A DNA stretch of 64,000 nucleotides from Syntrophales bacterium (GCA_040767195.1 JAXGPA010000003.1:128001-192000); one strand, 5' to 3'; positions 50,970 through 61,315 are shown, counted from the first letter of the stretch. Notes: a model not told the origin generated them from the sequence alone. Made by a program: numbers and translations.

Positions 50970-52283
50970 ATGGTCTCTTCTTCCCAGGAGGTCATCGCCT
51001 GCGGCGATTGTGACCTGTTGCAGCGTCTTGCCCCCCCTCCCCCCGGCGCCGCGGCCCGGTGTCGCCGCTGCGGCCACACCATTGCCCTCAACAGGCCCGA
51101 TTCTCTGAACAGAACGCTGGCCCTGGCGATTGCCGCGTGCATCGTTCTCATCGTGGCCAACCTGTCACCCCTGATGGTGCTTTCCGTGTCCGGGCGCCAG
51201 GCAAGTACGACCATTCTGGGGGGCGCCAGGGAGATGTGGTTCACGGGACAGGCAATTACGGCCATTCTCGTTGTGTTCTGCACGGTCATCGCTCCCGCCG
51301 TCCATATCGGGATCATGTCCACCGTCCTCATTGCCGTGCGGCGGCCCCCGGCGCCGCAGTGGGTGGGAACACTGCTGCGCTGGTCCGAGTGGCACCAGTC
51401 CTGGGCCATGGTCGAGGTGATGATGCTTGGTATCCTGGTGGCGCTGATCAAAATTGCCGACCTCGCGACGGTGATTCCCGGGATCGGTATGTTTGCGGCT
51501 GGCGCCCTGGTAATACTCGTAGCGGCCATGACCGTCAGCTTCGACCCCCGCGAGGTGTGGCAGCGGGTAGCGTGGGCCGGCGGCGCCGCCCCCTCTTCGT
51601 CACCGTTCAGGACATCAACGGTTCCCGCGAAAAGGAAATCCCCCTGTGCTCGCTTCCTGACAGCGATCGATGCTGGGCTTGTCTCCTGCGAGGTCTGCGG
51701 TCTTTTGTCAAGACCTGCGGACATTCACAAACCCGGACGATGCCCCCGTTGCAACGGGACGCTCAACTTCCGGCACCACACCGCGATACAGCGGACCTGG
51801 GCGCTCATCATCGCGGCCCTGATCTGCTATATTCCCGCGAACCTGCTGCCTGTGATGGTCACAAACACTCTGGTTTATTCGGAAAAAGATACCATTATGA
51901 GCGGCGTCGTCATGTTTTACAAAACCGGGTCGTGGCATCTGGCGATCATCATATTGATCGCCAGCGTGGTGATCCCCCTCGCCAAAATTATGGCGCTGGC
52001 CTATCTGCTCGTAACGGTCCAGCGCCGTTCCGAGAGAGGACAGAACGAGAGGCTCCGGCTTTACCGGCTGGTCACGTTTGTGGGGCGGTGGTCCATGGTC
52101 GATGTATTCGTCGTCACGTTCACCGTTGCCCTGATTCAAATGCGGCCGCTCATGTCGATTCAGCCCGGGGCCGGTATCCTGTTTTTCGCGGCCGTGGTCG
52201 TCCTGACCATGATCGCCTCCGAAAACTTCGACCCCCGTCTGATCTGGGATTGCACGAACGCACAAAGAGGTCCAAATGACTGA
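50970..52283 (+). CDS. pqiA: Paraquat-inducible protein A
   Basis: Two CxxC...CxRC zinc ribbons, WAMVEV, GRWSMVDVF, FDPRLIWD. Confidence 0.9.
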   Translation: MVSSSQEVIACGDCDLLQRLAPPPPGAAARCRRCGHTIALNRPDSLNRTLALAIAACIVLIVANLSPLMVLSVSGRQASTTILGGAREMWFTGQAITAILVVFCTVIAPAVHIGIMSTVLIAVRRPPAPQWVGTLLRWSEWHQSWAMVEVMMLGILVALIKIADLATVIPGIGMFAAGALVILVAAMTVSFDPREVWQRVAWAGGAAPSSSPFRTSTVPAKRKSPCARFLTAIDAGLVSCEVCGLLSRPADIHKPGRCPRCNGTLNFRHHTAIQRTWALIIAALICYIPANLLPVMVTNTLVYSEKDTIMSGVVMFYKTGSWHLAIIILIASVVIPLAKIMALAYLLVTVQRRSERGQNERLRLYRLVTFVGRWSMVDVFVVTFTVALIQMRPLMSIQPGAGILFFAAVVVLTMIASENFDPRLIWDCTNAQRGPND

Positions 52284-53901
52284 AAACATCGATCTCGAGG
52301 ATGTCCCCGAGACCACCGTCGTACCGAGGAAGAAACTGAAGGTTTCCGTGGTGTGGATCATTCCGCTCATCGCCGCAATCGTCGCCATCGGAATCGCGGT
52401 CCAGCGTATTCTCATGGAGGGGCCGACAATTACGATCGTCTTTAAAAAAGCCGAAGGCATTGAAGCGGGGAAAACCTTCATCAAATACAAGGAGGTGAAT
52501 GTCGGCCAGGTAACGGAAGTAAAGCTTTCCGAGGATTTTCGCCAGGTTGTCATAACGGCGAAAATCGACAGGAGCGCGGCGGGACTCCTCGTCGAGGACG
52601 CGTGCTTTTGGATCGAACAACCCCGTGCCACCTTGAGCGGAATAACCGGCATAAGCACGCTTCTTTCTGGAAACTACATCGGTCTCGAGCCCGGCGAATC
52701 GAAGGTGGAACGGCGGGCCTTTACCGGCCTGGAAGAGCCGCCGGCAATTACTTTCGATGAACCGGGACGCCGCTTCATCCTTCGAACGGAAAGCCTCGGG
52801 TCGGTCGGTAGCGGCTCCCCGCTTTATTATCGGAGCTTGAACGTGGGACAGGTCATCGGCTATGATCTCTCGGAAGATGGCGAATCCGTGAGAATCCAGG
52901 TTTTCGTTCGGGCCCCTTACGACAGGTATGTCACCGTTCGCACCCGCTTCTGGCAAGCCAGCGGTATCGATGTGTCCGCCGGGACGGAAGGTTTTTCGGT
53001 ACGCACCGAGTCGTTTCTCTCCATGCTGATCGGCGGGATCGCCTTCGAACACCCCCCTTCGGAAAAAAACCCGAAACCCGCCGGGGAGAACAGCGTCTTT
53101 ATCCTCTTCGGCAGCCGCGCCGAGGCGCTGGCGAACCCCGAAACGATTGCAAGTCCTTACGTCCTCTATTTCAACGAAACCTTGAGAGGGCTCAGCGCCG
53201 GCGCGCCGGTCACGTACCTGGGGTTGACGACGGGCGAGGTCACCGATGTGGGGTTCGACCAAGACGACCGGACAAACCTGATCCGGCCCCGCGTGGACAT
53301 CGTGCTGTATCCCGAAAGGTTCATGGCGTATGCCAAACCATTACCGGGTCAGGATGCCGTGGTCCCGAGCGTTACGGATCGCCGCGCGTTCATGGAGCGC
53401 GCCGTCAACCTGGGGCTCCGGGCCCAGTTGAAGAGCGGGAATCTCTTAACCGGGCAGCGGTTTGTCTCCCTGGACATTTTTCCCGACGCGCCCGACGTGG
53501 AAATCGACTGGAGGAAGGTTCCCACAGAACTGCCTGTCGTGCCCAGCGGCCTCCAGGATATGGAGACGAAGATCCACAACCTGCTGGCCAAGCTGGAAAA
53601 AATGCCCCTGGACGGTCTGGCTGCGGATCTGAAAAAAACACTCGTCACCGTTGACAAACTTCTCAAGCGCATAGACGAGGAAATACTGCCCGACGGGAAA
53701 GCAACACTGGCGAAACTGAAGCAGAGTCTTGAAAACATCGATGCCACCCTTATCGGCAAAGACGCGGCGGCACAGCAGCAACTACGGGAAGCGCTACAGG
53801 AAATCGCCAGGGCGGCCCAAGGTGTCAGCCGCCTCACCGAGTATCTCGAGAGAAACCCCGAAGCCCTCATCAGGGGCAAGGCACAGGAGAATCGACGATG
53901 A
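52276..53901 (+). CDS. pqiB: MCE-domain protein PqiB
   Basis: VWIIPL, three MCE repeats, GLRAQL..GNLLTG, LER.PEALIRG. Confidence 0.9.
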   Translation: MTENIDLEDVPETTVVPRKKLKVSVVWIIPLIAAIVAIGIAVQRILMEGPTITIVFKKAEGIEAGKTFIKYKEVNVGQVTEVKLSEDFRQVVITAKIDRSAAGLLVEDACFWIEQPRATLSGITGISTLLSGNYIGLEPGESKVERRAFTGLEEPPAITFDEPGRRFILRTESLGSVGSGSPLYYRSLNVGQVIGYDLSEDGESVRIQVFVRAPYDRYVTVRTRFWQASGIDVSAGTEGFSVRTESFLSMLIGGIAFEHPPSEKNPKPAGENSVFILFGSRAEALANPETIASPYVLYFNETLRGLSAGAPVTYLGLTTGEVTDVGFDQDDRTNLIRPRVDIVLYPERFMAYAKPLPGQDAVVPSVTDRRAFMERAVNLGLRAQLKSGNLLTGQRFVSLDIFPDAPDVEIDWRKVPTELPVVPSGLQDMETKIHNLLAKLEKMPLDGLAADLKKTLVTVDKLLKRIDEEILPDGKATLAKLKQSLENIDATLIGKDAAAQQQLREALQEIARAAQGVSRLTEYLERNPEALIRGKAQENRR

Positions 53902-54491
53902 GAAAATTCATGTATGGCCTGGTTTTCCTCACTTTTTTTACTTTTATTACGGGGTGTGCGTCATCGTCACCATCTCATTTTTATACACTGACTCCGGTAT
54001 CTGTTCCGGCTTTGACGACCGGGGCGGACTACGCCGTGTCGGTCGGTCCCGTTGTGGTGCCCGCCATGGTCGACAGACCCCAGATCGTTCTTCGGACAGG
54101 TCCTAACAGGGTGTTCATCGACGAATTTGATCGCTGGGCGTCGTCACTCAAGGACAACATTCAGCAGGTCGTTGTGGAGAACCTCATTTCCATGCTCGGG
54201 ACGACCCGGGTCACCATGTTTCCCAAATTCACGGCGGCTGACGCGTCCTATAGAACCCTCATCGAAGTTCTGCATTTCGATTCGGAGCTGGGGAAAAAGG
54301 CCACACTCGACGCGCTCTGGGAGGTCAAGGCCTTGAAAAAGGAACTCTCCCATCGAGGGCGCACGACCCTTTCAGAACCGGTGAGCGGAGAAGATTATGA
54401 AGCCCTCGTCGCGGCGCACAGCCGCGCTCTGGCCAAATTGAGCGCGGACATCGCCGAGGCGATCCGGGCGTTTGAAAAAGGAACCCCTTGA
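53898..54491 (+). CDS. pqiC: PqiC lipoprotein
   Basis: ITGC lipobox, FYTL, DRPQIV, RWA. Confidence 0.85.
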   Translation: MRKFMYGLVFLTFFTFITGCASSSPSHFYTLTPVSVPALTTGADYAVSVGPVVVPAMVDRPQIVLRTGPNRVFIDEFDRWASSLKDNIQQVVVENLISMLGTTRVTMFPKFTAADASYRTLIEVLHFDSELGKKATLDALWEVKALKKELSHRGRTTLSEPVSGEDYEALVAAHSRALAKLSADIAEAIRAFEKGTP

Positions 54492-54557
54492 TCCGGGCCG
54501 GTGCCTGCAGAGTGACGCCCGTGGCAAGGGCGGCGAATTTCATCGGGGGCCATCTTC

Positions 54558-55097
54558 ATGAATAACGTGTTCATCATTCCCACGGGCCAGGAATCTTTAG
54601 GCAAACCTTCCCTTGCCCGGTCGGCCGTGTGCGATATGGAAATGCTCCTCACGTTCATACCCCCTGGACGGTTCGCCGAGGATTTGAAAGGACTCTGCCC
54701 CGACGGGGTCTGCTACATCCGGGGGGTGCGGGAACGAAGGGGCGACAACGAGGGGATATGGGAAACGATGACCCAGGGCGACCTCATCCTCGAATACAGG
54801 GATGGCACCATTCTCTCAGCGTCCTTTCTTGTCGCGAAAAAAAACGACCCTCTCCTGGCGGAAAAACTGTGGAACGGAGACGGGCCTTTCGGGCTTTTGT
54901 GCTTCACCGACAAACCGCGGGTGGGTGACGTCCCTATCCTTCCCCAGATGCGGCGGTATCTTGACGGGGAATACGGGGATTTCACAAAACTCGACGCCGA
55001 CAAGGTCGCAAACATCGTGGCCGATTACGGGTCCCTGGAAACGTTCGTCAACCTGTGTCTCAGGTACGATTTTCCATTCAGCTTCCGCCATTCGTGA
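54558..55097 (+). CDS. Hypothetical protein
   Basis: 179-aa ORF filling the gap with host-like codon usage. Confidence 0.5.
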   Translation: MNNVFIIPTGQESLGKPSLARSAVCDMEMLLTFIPPGRFAEDLKGLCPDGVCYIRGVRERRGDNEGIWETMTQGDLILEYRDGTILSASFLVAKKNDPLLAEKLWNGDGPFGLLCFTDKPRVGDVPILPQMRRYLDGEYGDFTKLDADKVANIVADYGSLETFVNLCLRYDFPFSFRHS

Positions 55098-55406
55098 CGG
55101 GAACGCGGGAAGCCTTATAAAGCAACACGTCAAGCTCACGGTAAAAAACCCTCTCGTGCGAGTCAAAAAAGACACCGCCACGGCGAACTAAATGCTTGAC
55201 ATCAACGCAAATGCCTATTATACGAAGTGAAAGAGTTTCCAAGCTTCACGAGTCAAAAAACGGTAAGAAAAGGGGGTGGGTAACGAATAATACAGTGATT
55301 TTAAGATCTATCCGGAAAAGTTGTAGAAAGTGAATGGCATCATTCGAGTTGGAGTCTGCCAGTCAGATTCGGGCTAATATCAGGTATTGATTTAGGAGGG
55401 TAAGAA

Positions 55407-56951
55407 ATGGCGCAAGAGAAAATCAAGGAACCGTTGAAAATCAGGATGACCCCACCCACCCAGCAGAAGCTCAGGGACAAGACGATCACGGCGAAACAGT
55501 GGGCCGACATGGTAAAGCCCGGCGACTGGATCAACCGCGGCGGTCCCGGCGCTGACTCGCTTCCCAGCATGGAAGCCCTGGCGGCGCGTTTTCATGACGG
55601 CCCCGGCGGCCTGCATAACATCGAGATCTGGAACCAGGCCATCATGCTCGGTCACAATTTCTTTTTTGCCGCCGACCCCGAGGGGAAATACCATGTGAAC
55701 CACGAGGCCTTCCTTCTGCCGACCCTTCGCGGCATCCTGAAAAAGGGATACAAGGCGTTCGACTGGAAGCACTGGGGATGGGCCATCGGCATGGACGCCG
55801 AATACGCCCGCTTCTACCGGAAGGATAAATCCAAGAGGGCCATGGACTGGAGCGTTCAGGCCATCGCGGTACCCGAGGGCGGTTACGTCAACGCCAGTTA
55901 CGGCGTCAACAACTTCCTGCAGGTCGCCAAGTCCAGCAAGAAGGTAGTCTGCGAGATCCGTTCCGACTACGCCTGGTGCGAAGCCGGGCGGAGCATGATG
56001 CTTCCCATCGACGAGGTCGATTACTTCATCGAAGTCGATGTGAACGACCCGAAATACCAGTGGATGTACATTCCTGAAAAAGACATCAAGCCCAAAGATG
56101 TGGAAATGGCCATCGCCAATCACTGCCTCGAGATCATGCGGGACGGCGACTGCATCCAGGTCGGCATCGGCGGCCTTCCCACGGCCGTGGTCATCGCCCT
56201 GGCGGGGTCCAACCTGAGGCACCTGGGCGTGCACAGCGAAATGATCGGCGAATACGCCTTCACCCTGACGGAACGGGGCGTCGTGGACAACTCGCGGAAG
56301 ACCATCGACCCGGGTCGGTGCGGCTGGGCCTACATCATGCCCGTCGACACGCCGAGGTACTACGAGTGGATGCACCGGAACCCCTATTTCGCCGGGTTCG
56401 ACATCGGCTACACGAACAATATCCAGACCCTCTCACAGCTGGACAACATGGTGACGGTGAACAACTTCGCCGCCATGGACCTCCGTGGCCAGGACTGTGC
56501 CGGTAACGTCGGCGGGAAGGTCATCTCCAGCACGGGCGGCCAGTTCCAGTTCACCATCGGCGCTTCCATGGCCAGGGGCGGCCGGGCGATCATCGCCGCG
56601 ACGTCTCGGGATGCCGCGGGCCGGTCCCGCTTCTTCCCCAAGCTGCCTATGGGAAGCGTCATCACCGTTCCCGACCAGCTGGTCACCTGGGTGTGCACGG
56701 AATACGGCATCGTCAACCTCATGGGCTGCACCGATGCTGAAAAAGCGAAGAAGATCATCAGCATCGCCCATCCCGATGACCGGGAGCTTCTGGAAAAAGG
56801 CGCCGCGGAAATGGGCATCATGGAGAAACACTGGATGTTCGACTCCGCACCGGATCGCCGTTTCCCCACATCCTTCGACCTGGTCGACCACAAGTACGGT
56901 TATGCGCAGGTTCAGACAGCCCCCGCTCCCATTGCCAAGCTGTTTGATTAA
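55407..56951 (+). CDS. Acetyl-CoA hydrolase/CoA-transferase family protein
   Basis: DGDCIQVGIGG, GVHSEM, TGGQ, TEYG, SIAHPD; strong AGGAGG RBS. Confidence 0.88.
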   Translation: MAQEKIKEPLKIRMTPPTQQKLRDKTITAKQWADMVKPGDWINRGGPGADSLPSMEALAARFHDGPGGLHNIEIWNQAIMLGHNFFFAADPEGKYHVNHEAFLLPTLRGILKKGYKAFDWKHWGWAIGMDAEYARFYRKDKSKRAMDWSVQAIAVPEGGYVNASYGVNNFLQVAKSSKKVVCEIRSDYAWCEAGRSMMLPIDEVDYFIEVDVNDPKYQWMYIPEKDIKPKDVEMAIANHCLEIMRDGDCIQVGIGGLPTAVVIALAGSNLRHLGVHSEMIGEYAFTLTERGVVDNSRKTIDPGRCGWAYIMPVDTPRYYEWMHRNPYFAGFDIGYTNNIQTLSQLDNMVTVNNFAAMDLRGQDCAGNVGGKVISSTGGQFQFTIGASMARGGRAIIAATSRDAAGRSRFFPKLPMGSVITVPDQLVTWVCTEYGIVNLMGCTDAEKAKKIISIAHPDDRELLEKGAAEMGIMEKHWMFDSAPDRRFPTSFDLVDHKYGYAQVQTAPAPIAKLFD

Positions 56952-56975
56952 AAGAATCGAAACAAACCTTTGAGG

Positions 56976-57017
56976 AAAAAGGGCAGGGTTTTTCACAAAC
57001 CCTGCCCTTTTCTTTTT
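56976..57017. terminator. Bidirectional intrinsic terminator
   Basis: AAAAAGGGCAGGGTTT-loop-AAACCCTGCCCTTTTCTTTT. Confidence 0.8.
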
Positions 57018-58810
57018 CAGTCTCGTTCAATTACCTTGAGATTCAGCCGGGCGGCCTCGAGCCCGGGGTCGCAGGACAGGGCACGCCGGAAACTTTCGGC
57101 CGCTTCACCTCTTCTCCCCTCCTTCATGTAGACAACACCGAGGAGGTTGTGCGCTTCGGCATAACCGGCGTTGATCTCGAGGGCCTCCCGAAGCAACTGG
57201 GCGGCCTTTTCATTTTCCCCCCGGCTGACGAAGATCATGGCCATGTTGAACAGCATCCCCTCCTTCACGGGACCGTGCTTCAGCGCCTCGAGCAGATGCG
57301 CCTCCGCCCCCTCGAGATTGCCCTGGCGAAGAAGAACAACGCCCAGGTTGTTGTGGGCGGCGGTGTAGCCGGGATTGAAGCGGATGGCCTCGCGGTAGTG
57401 GAACACAGCCTGGTCCCCGCGCCCCAGGGCCACCAGGTGGTTGGCCAGGTTGAAATGGGCGCTGAAGTGACGGGGATTGACCCGGATGGCCTCCTGGAAG
57501 TGGTTGACAGCCGCTTCCCGTTCACCGTCATCGGCCAGGGCTACGGCGAGGTTGTTGTGGGCGAGAGCGTTGTTCTCTGTCACCTCGAGGGCGTGCGTGA
57601 AGAGGCTTCGGCTGTTCTTCCAGTGAGACAGTTGAAACCATGTCGTCGAGGAAAGTCCCGCCAGGAGTATCAGGACAAGGGAAGCCGAAGCGAAAACGGG
57701 AAATCGCCGACGGGAAAGGGTCTCATCGACAGCCCAGGTCAGGGCGATGAAAAGACCGATGAGAGGGATATAGGTGTACCGGTCGGCCATGCTCTGGGGG
57801 CCCACCTGGACGATACCGATGACAGGGAAAAGGGAAATGAGGTACCAGAGCCACCCGGTGAAGAACCAGGGCCGGCGGGCCTTTTCCCGGAAAACGAACA
57901 CGGTGATGAGAACCAGGAGGGCCGCCGCTCCCAGAACCTTCCAGAAAGGAATGGCCGCCGGGTAGGGGTAAAAGACGGACAAGCCGGCTGGCCAGAACAT
58001 CTTGCCCATGTATGTAACGGCGGAAACCAGGGCATTGGCGGCCCGATCCGCCAGGGGGATGGCCTCGAGGCTTCTCATGGCTCCCCCGGAAGCCTGGGCG
58101 TAGAGCGTTATCCCGGAAGACAGGACGGCAAGAGCGAAAAAGGGGATTTTTTCCATTTTTGAAGGTGGCCTGTCGGGAACAGGCCGGCGCCGCAAGGGCC
58201 ACACATCGAGAAGGAGCAGAAGGAAGGGTGCGCTGACGAGCATGGGCTTGGCCATGAGTCCGAGAGCGAAGAACACCAGGGCGATTCCGTATTTCCAGCG
58301 GCCCGGTCTCTCCACGTAAAGGGCGTAGGCCCCCAGCATGAGGAAAAGAAAAAAGGTGCTGAGGACGTCTTTTCGTTCCGCCACCCAGGCCACCGATTCC
58401 ACGTGCAGGGGATGAAAAGCGAAGAGTGCGGCCACGATGCCGCTTTTGCCCGGGGCGCCGGTCATCCGGGTCAGGATGAGAAAGAGGAGGACCGTGTTCA
58501 GGATGTGAAAAAAGAGGTTTGTCCCGTGGTGGCCCCCGGGATCGAGACCGTAGATCTCGACATCGATCATGTGGGAAAGCCAGGTCAGGGGATGCCAGTT
58601 GCTGGCGTGAAAAGAGGTGAACGCCCAGCCCAGGCCGCGAAGGGTCACCCCGGCGGTGACCTCCCGGTTGTTCAATACATACTGCCAGTCGTCCAGGTTG
58701 ATAAAATCGTGGTTAACGACGGGATGATACAGAAAAAGAGTCATCCCCGCCAAAAAAACAGAGACGGCCCAGAGCGTTTTCTTGAGGTCCGTCCGCGGCA
58801 ACGGGTTCAC
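57017..58810 (-). CDS. TMTC-like membrane glycosyltransferase with TPR repeats
   Basis: DD..Y, NWHPLTWLS, HPLHVESVAWVAERK, ADRYTY, C-terminal TPRs. Confidence 0.8.
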   Translation of the reverse strand: MNPLPRTDLKKTLWAVSVFLAGMTLFLYHPVVNHDFINLDDWQYVLNNREVTAGVTLRGLGWAFTSFHASNWHPLTWLSHMIDVEIYGLDPGGHHGTNLFFHILNTVLLFLILTRMTGAPGKSGIVAALFAFHPLHVESVAWVAERKDVLSTFFLFLMLGAYALYVERPGRWKYGIALVFFALGLMAKPMLVSAPFLLLLLDVWPLRRRPVPDRPPSKMEKIPFFALAVLSSGITLYAQASGGAMRSLEAIPLADRAANALVSAVTYMGKMFWPAGLSVFYPYPAAIPFWKVLGAAALLVLITVFVFREKARRPWFFTGWLWYLISLFPVIGIVQVGPQSMADRYTYIPLIGLFIALTWAVDETLSRRRFPVFASASLVLILLAGLSSTTWFQLSHWKNSRSLFTHALEVTENNALAHNNLAVALADDGEREAAVNHFQEAIRVNPRHFSAHFNLANHLVALGRGDQAVFHYREAIRFNPGYTAAHNNLGVVLLRQGNLEGAEAHLLEALKHGPVKEGMLFNMAMIFVSRGENEKAAQLLREALEINAGYAEAHNLLGVVYMKEGRRGEAAESFRRALSCDPGLEAARLNLKVIERD

Positions 58811-59250
58811 CGGTCCGGCAACGCCATGCCGCCTGTTTCATGCTTGACGGTGATGGGTTCGCCCCTGATACCGGCATAGAAAACAATTATTTCCGCCGTT
58901 TCATTGCCGTCGTTTTTCCCGTAGTGCCAGGTGTTCACAACCTCGACAATGGCCTCACCGGCTTTCAGGTTCAGTGTCCTGCCGCTTTTGGTGACGACCG
59001 TCAGTTCCCCTCGCAACAAAACACCCGCGTTAATAACAGGATGCCTGTGGAGCGGTAAAATCGCACCGGGGGGGATGGTGATCCTCAGGATGGTTATTTC
59101 AGGGTTTCCTTCCGGGTAATCAGGCAGAAGGTTTCCGTCCCAGCTGGAACCGGTTCTCGAAAGGGTTTCGACGTGAACGCCGCTTTCGTCCGCCGCCGCG
59201 ACATGCACCGACAGCAGTATCGCCAGCCCTACAAACAAAATCCTTTTCAC
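58807..59250 (-). CDS. Exported cupin-domain protein
   Basis: H.HP..G, EVVNTWHYG; GTG start directly abuts element terminus. Confidence 0.78.
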   Translation of the reverse strand: MKRILFVGLAILLSVHVAAADESGVHVETLSRTGSSWDGNLLPDYPEGNPEITILRITIPPGAILPLHRHPVINAGVLLRGELTVVTKSGRTLNLKAGEAIVEVVNTWHYGKNDGNETAEIIVFYAGIRGEPITVKHETGGMALPDR

Positions 59251-60198
59251 GGGGTCGGACCAAGATAACATGTTGATTAATCGGGATATACTTCCCAAAA
59301 TAGGCTGTTTTTATGCCTTAAAAGGGCATTTTCGGGCCGGAAAACACTGTTGTAAGATTCATCAGGGTCTTTAAGAATATACAAATTCTCCGTCTTCAAA
59401 GAACGAACATCTCGCCCTGATCCTTGAAGTCCAAGATTTACTTTCACTCGGCTCACATAATCCCGGCTGCCCACGGCAACGCTATTTGACCAGAAGGCCT
59501 GTTTTACGGAACCTGCGGCAATGGCCTTCTGAATCCACTCTTCGTAGACATTATTAAAATTTTCATTCACAGCTACCAGTTCATTGAGTCTTTCCCTGGC
59601 GATGATTCGATATCGTTTTGGAGGGTTCATTAATTCGTGATAACCGCAATGCCTCCACTTTCCAGGATGATTGACGACTCCGGCACGAACCATATTCAGA
59701 TCTATGTAAAGGAGGCATCGAATCAAGTGTTCTTCCGTATCGATGGCTGTGGCATGATAACGATCCTCCCAAAAAGCACCGTTCCGTTTTTTCCGCCGGT
59801 TATATGCCTGGGCCGTTCTACCGGCGACAAGTTGAACAGATTTTGGAATAACCTCTCTGTCTTTCCCCCCGTATACCATGAGGTGAATGTGATTTGAGGT
59901 TATCGCGTAATTCAAGACCTCGAGGCCATACCGTTTTTTCGCCTCGAAAAGCCAACGGACCCAGGTACTGCGGTCAATTGAAAACTTAAGGAGAAAAGAG
60001 CTTTTATGGCAGCGGTGCGTTATGTGCCACACATTGTCCGGTAGGAAGTGTCTGTTCGCTCTGGGCATGTTCAAATATCAAGGAGCGTTTTTTTTAAACA
60101 AGCTTTTTTGACATCAAAAAGGGCCTTTTAAGGCCGATAATCGCAACAAATAAGATTGTTTAGGAAACTATTTCAAATAGTTAACTTGGTCCGACCCC
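59251..60198 (-). mobile_element. 948-bp RAYT-like HUH element with bipartite inverted ends
   Basis: GGGGTCGGACCAAG at 59251 and its inverse ending 60198; GCCTTAAAAGG boxes 64 nt inside each end. Confidence 0.85.
59277..60068 (-). CDS. REP-associated-type tyrosine (Y1/HUH) transposase
   Basis: HITHRC, NHIH (HUH), FWEDRYH, YIDLNMVRAG (catalytic Tyr). Confidence 0.9.
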   Translation of the reverse strand: MPRANRHFLPDNVWHITHRCHKSSFLLKFSIDRSTWVRWLFEAKKRYGLEVLNYAITSNHIHLMVYGGKDREVIPKSVQLVAGRTAQAYNRRKKRNGAFWEDRYHATAIDTEEHLIRCLLYIDLNMVRAGVVNHPGKWRHCGYHELMNPPKRYRIIARERLNELVAVNENFNNVYEEWIQKAIAAGSVKQAFWSNSVAVGSRDYVSRVKVNLGLQGSGRDVRSLKTENLYILKDPDESYNSVFRPENALLRHKNSLFWEVYPD

Positions 60199-60214
60199 GG
60201 ATTCCCGGATTCCA

Positions 60215-60302
60215 TGGTGCCTGGGGCGGGAATCGAACCCGCACAGCCTCGAGGACCGAGGGATTTTAAGTCCCTTGCGTCTACCAGTTCCGCCACCCAG
60301 GC
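60215..60302 (-). tRNA. tRNA-Leu(TAA)
   Basis: Cloverleaf with long variable arm, anticodon loop CTTAAAA, GTTCGATTC, CCA. Confidence 0.95.
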
Positions 60303-60389
60303 ACGAAAAATCACTTTAGCTATAGCCTCTCGAACAAGCGCTGTCAAGGATTACGTCCGGTTTCATGGGCCTCCTTACACCGTGGCGGA

Positions 60390-61301
60390 CTATCCTCTGG
60401 GATGGTATTTCCGGTGTGTCTCCCGCAGGCGCTCCCGGGTCACATGGGTGTAAACCTGGGTCGTTGAAATGTCGGCATGGCCGAGCATGATCTGGACTGA
60501 CCGGAGGTCCGCTCCCCCCTCGAGAAGGTGGGTGGCGAAAGAGTGGCGGAACACGTGGGGGTGTATGCGCTTCTGCAGTCCGGCAAGGCGGGCGCAGGCC
60601 CGGACAATCTTCCAGAACCCCTGGCGGGTGAGCCCCTTTCCCGAACGGTTCAGGAAGAGGACATCCGTCCGCGAGCCTTTCAGAAGCTTCGGCCGCACCT
60701 CCCCCAGGTACTGACGGATGTAGTTCTGGGCGGAACGCCCCACGGGAACGATCCGCTCCTTGTCGCCCTTCCCGCGGATGAGAACAAAACCCACCTGCCA
60801 GTTGAGCTGACCCAGGGTCGTCGATATGAGCTCCGTCACCCGGACCCCCGTGGCATACATGAATTCCATCATGGCCCGGTTGCGAAGCCCCAGGGGTGTC
60901 GTCACATCGGGCTGCTCGAGAAGACGGTCCATCTCCTCCCGGGAAAGCGTGTGGGGAAGGTGAACCCACTCCTTTCCAGAAACGATGTCCGAAATGGGGT
61001 TTTCGTCGATGAGTTCTTCTCTCAAAAGATATCGGAACAACCCCCGAATGGCGGCAATGGCCCGGTTGACGGACCGGCTGTTCAAACCATGAGAACGGAG
61101 ATGCCCGATGTGGGCGATGACATGGTCCGAGTTGACATGAAGAAAATCGCTTGCGGCTCCCGTTTCCTCGAGACAGGCGATGAACCGGCTGAGATCACGG
61201 CCGTAAGCCTCGAGGGTGTTCCGGGACACCCCCTTTTCGACGGCCATGAAATCCAGGTACGCATCCACCTGGTCATGAAGAGAAAGGGCCGGGCGTTTCA
61301 C
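60390..61301 (-). CDS. xerD: Site-specific tyrosine recombinase XerD
   Basis: YATGVRVTE, GKGDKER, TRQGFW, HVFRHSFATH, LGHADISTTQVYTH. Confidence 0.9.
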   Translation of the reverse strand: MKRPALSLHDQVDAYLDFMAVEKGVSRNTLEAYGRDLSRFIACLEETGAASDFLHVNSDHVIAHIGHLRSHGLNSRSVNRAIAAIRGLFRYLLREELIDENPISDIVSGKEWVHLPHTLSREEMDRLLEQPDVTTPLGLRNRAMMEFMYATGVRVTELISTTLGQLNWQVGFVLIRGKGDKERIVPVGRSAQNYIRQYLGEVRPKLLKGSRTDVLFLNRSGKGLTRQGFWKIVRACARLAGLQKRIHPHVFRHSFATHLLEGGADLRSVQIMLGHADISTTQVYTHVTRERLRETHRKYHPRG

Positions 61302-61315
61302 CGTCGGTCACCCCC

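Noticed and set aside
55392..56375. Long antisense ORFs here and at 9974-11308, 15483-16886, 27370-28530, 35003-36211, 51059-52279
   Set aside because: They overlap well-supported genes (the last in an alternative frame on the same strand) and lack recognisable motifs
59251..59298. N-terminal extension of the cupin ORF to 59298
   Set aside because: Reads through the element end; the signal peptide begins at GTG 59250
60390..61301. Tyrosine recombinase as the missing integron integrase
   Set aside because: XerD signatures (TRQGFW, HPRG end), no IntI-specific insertion, housekeeping context, 30 kb from the array
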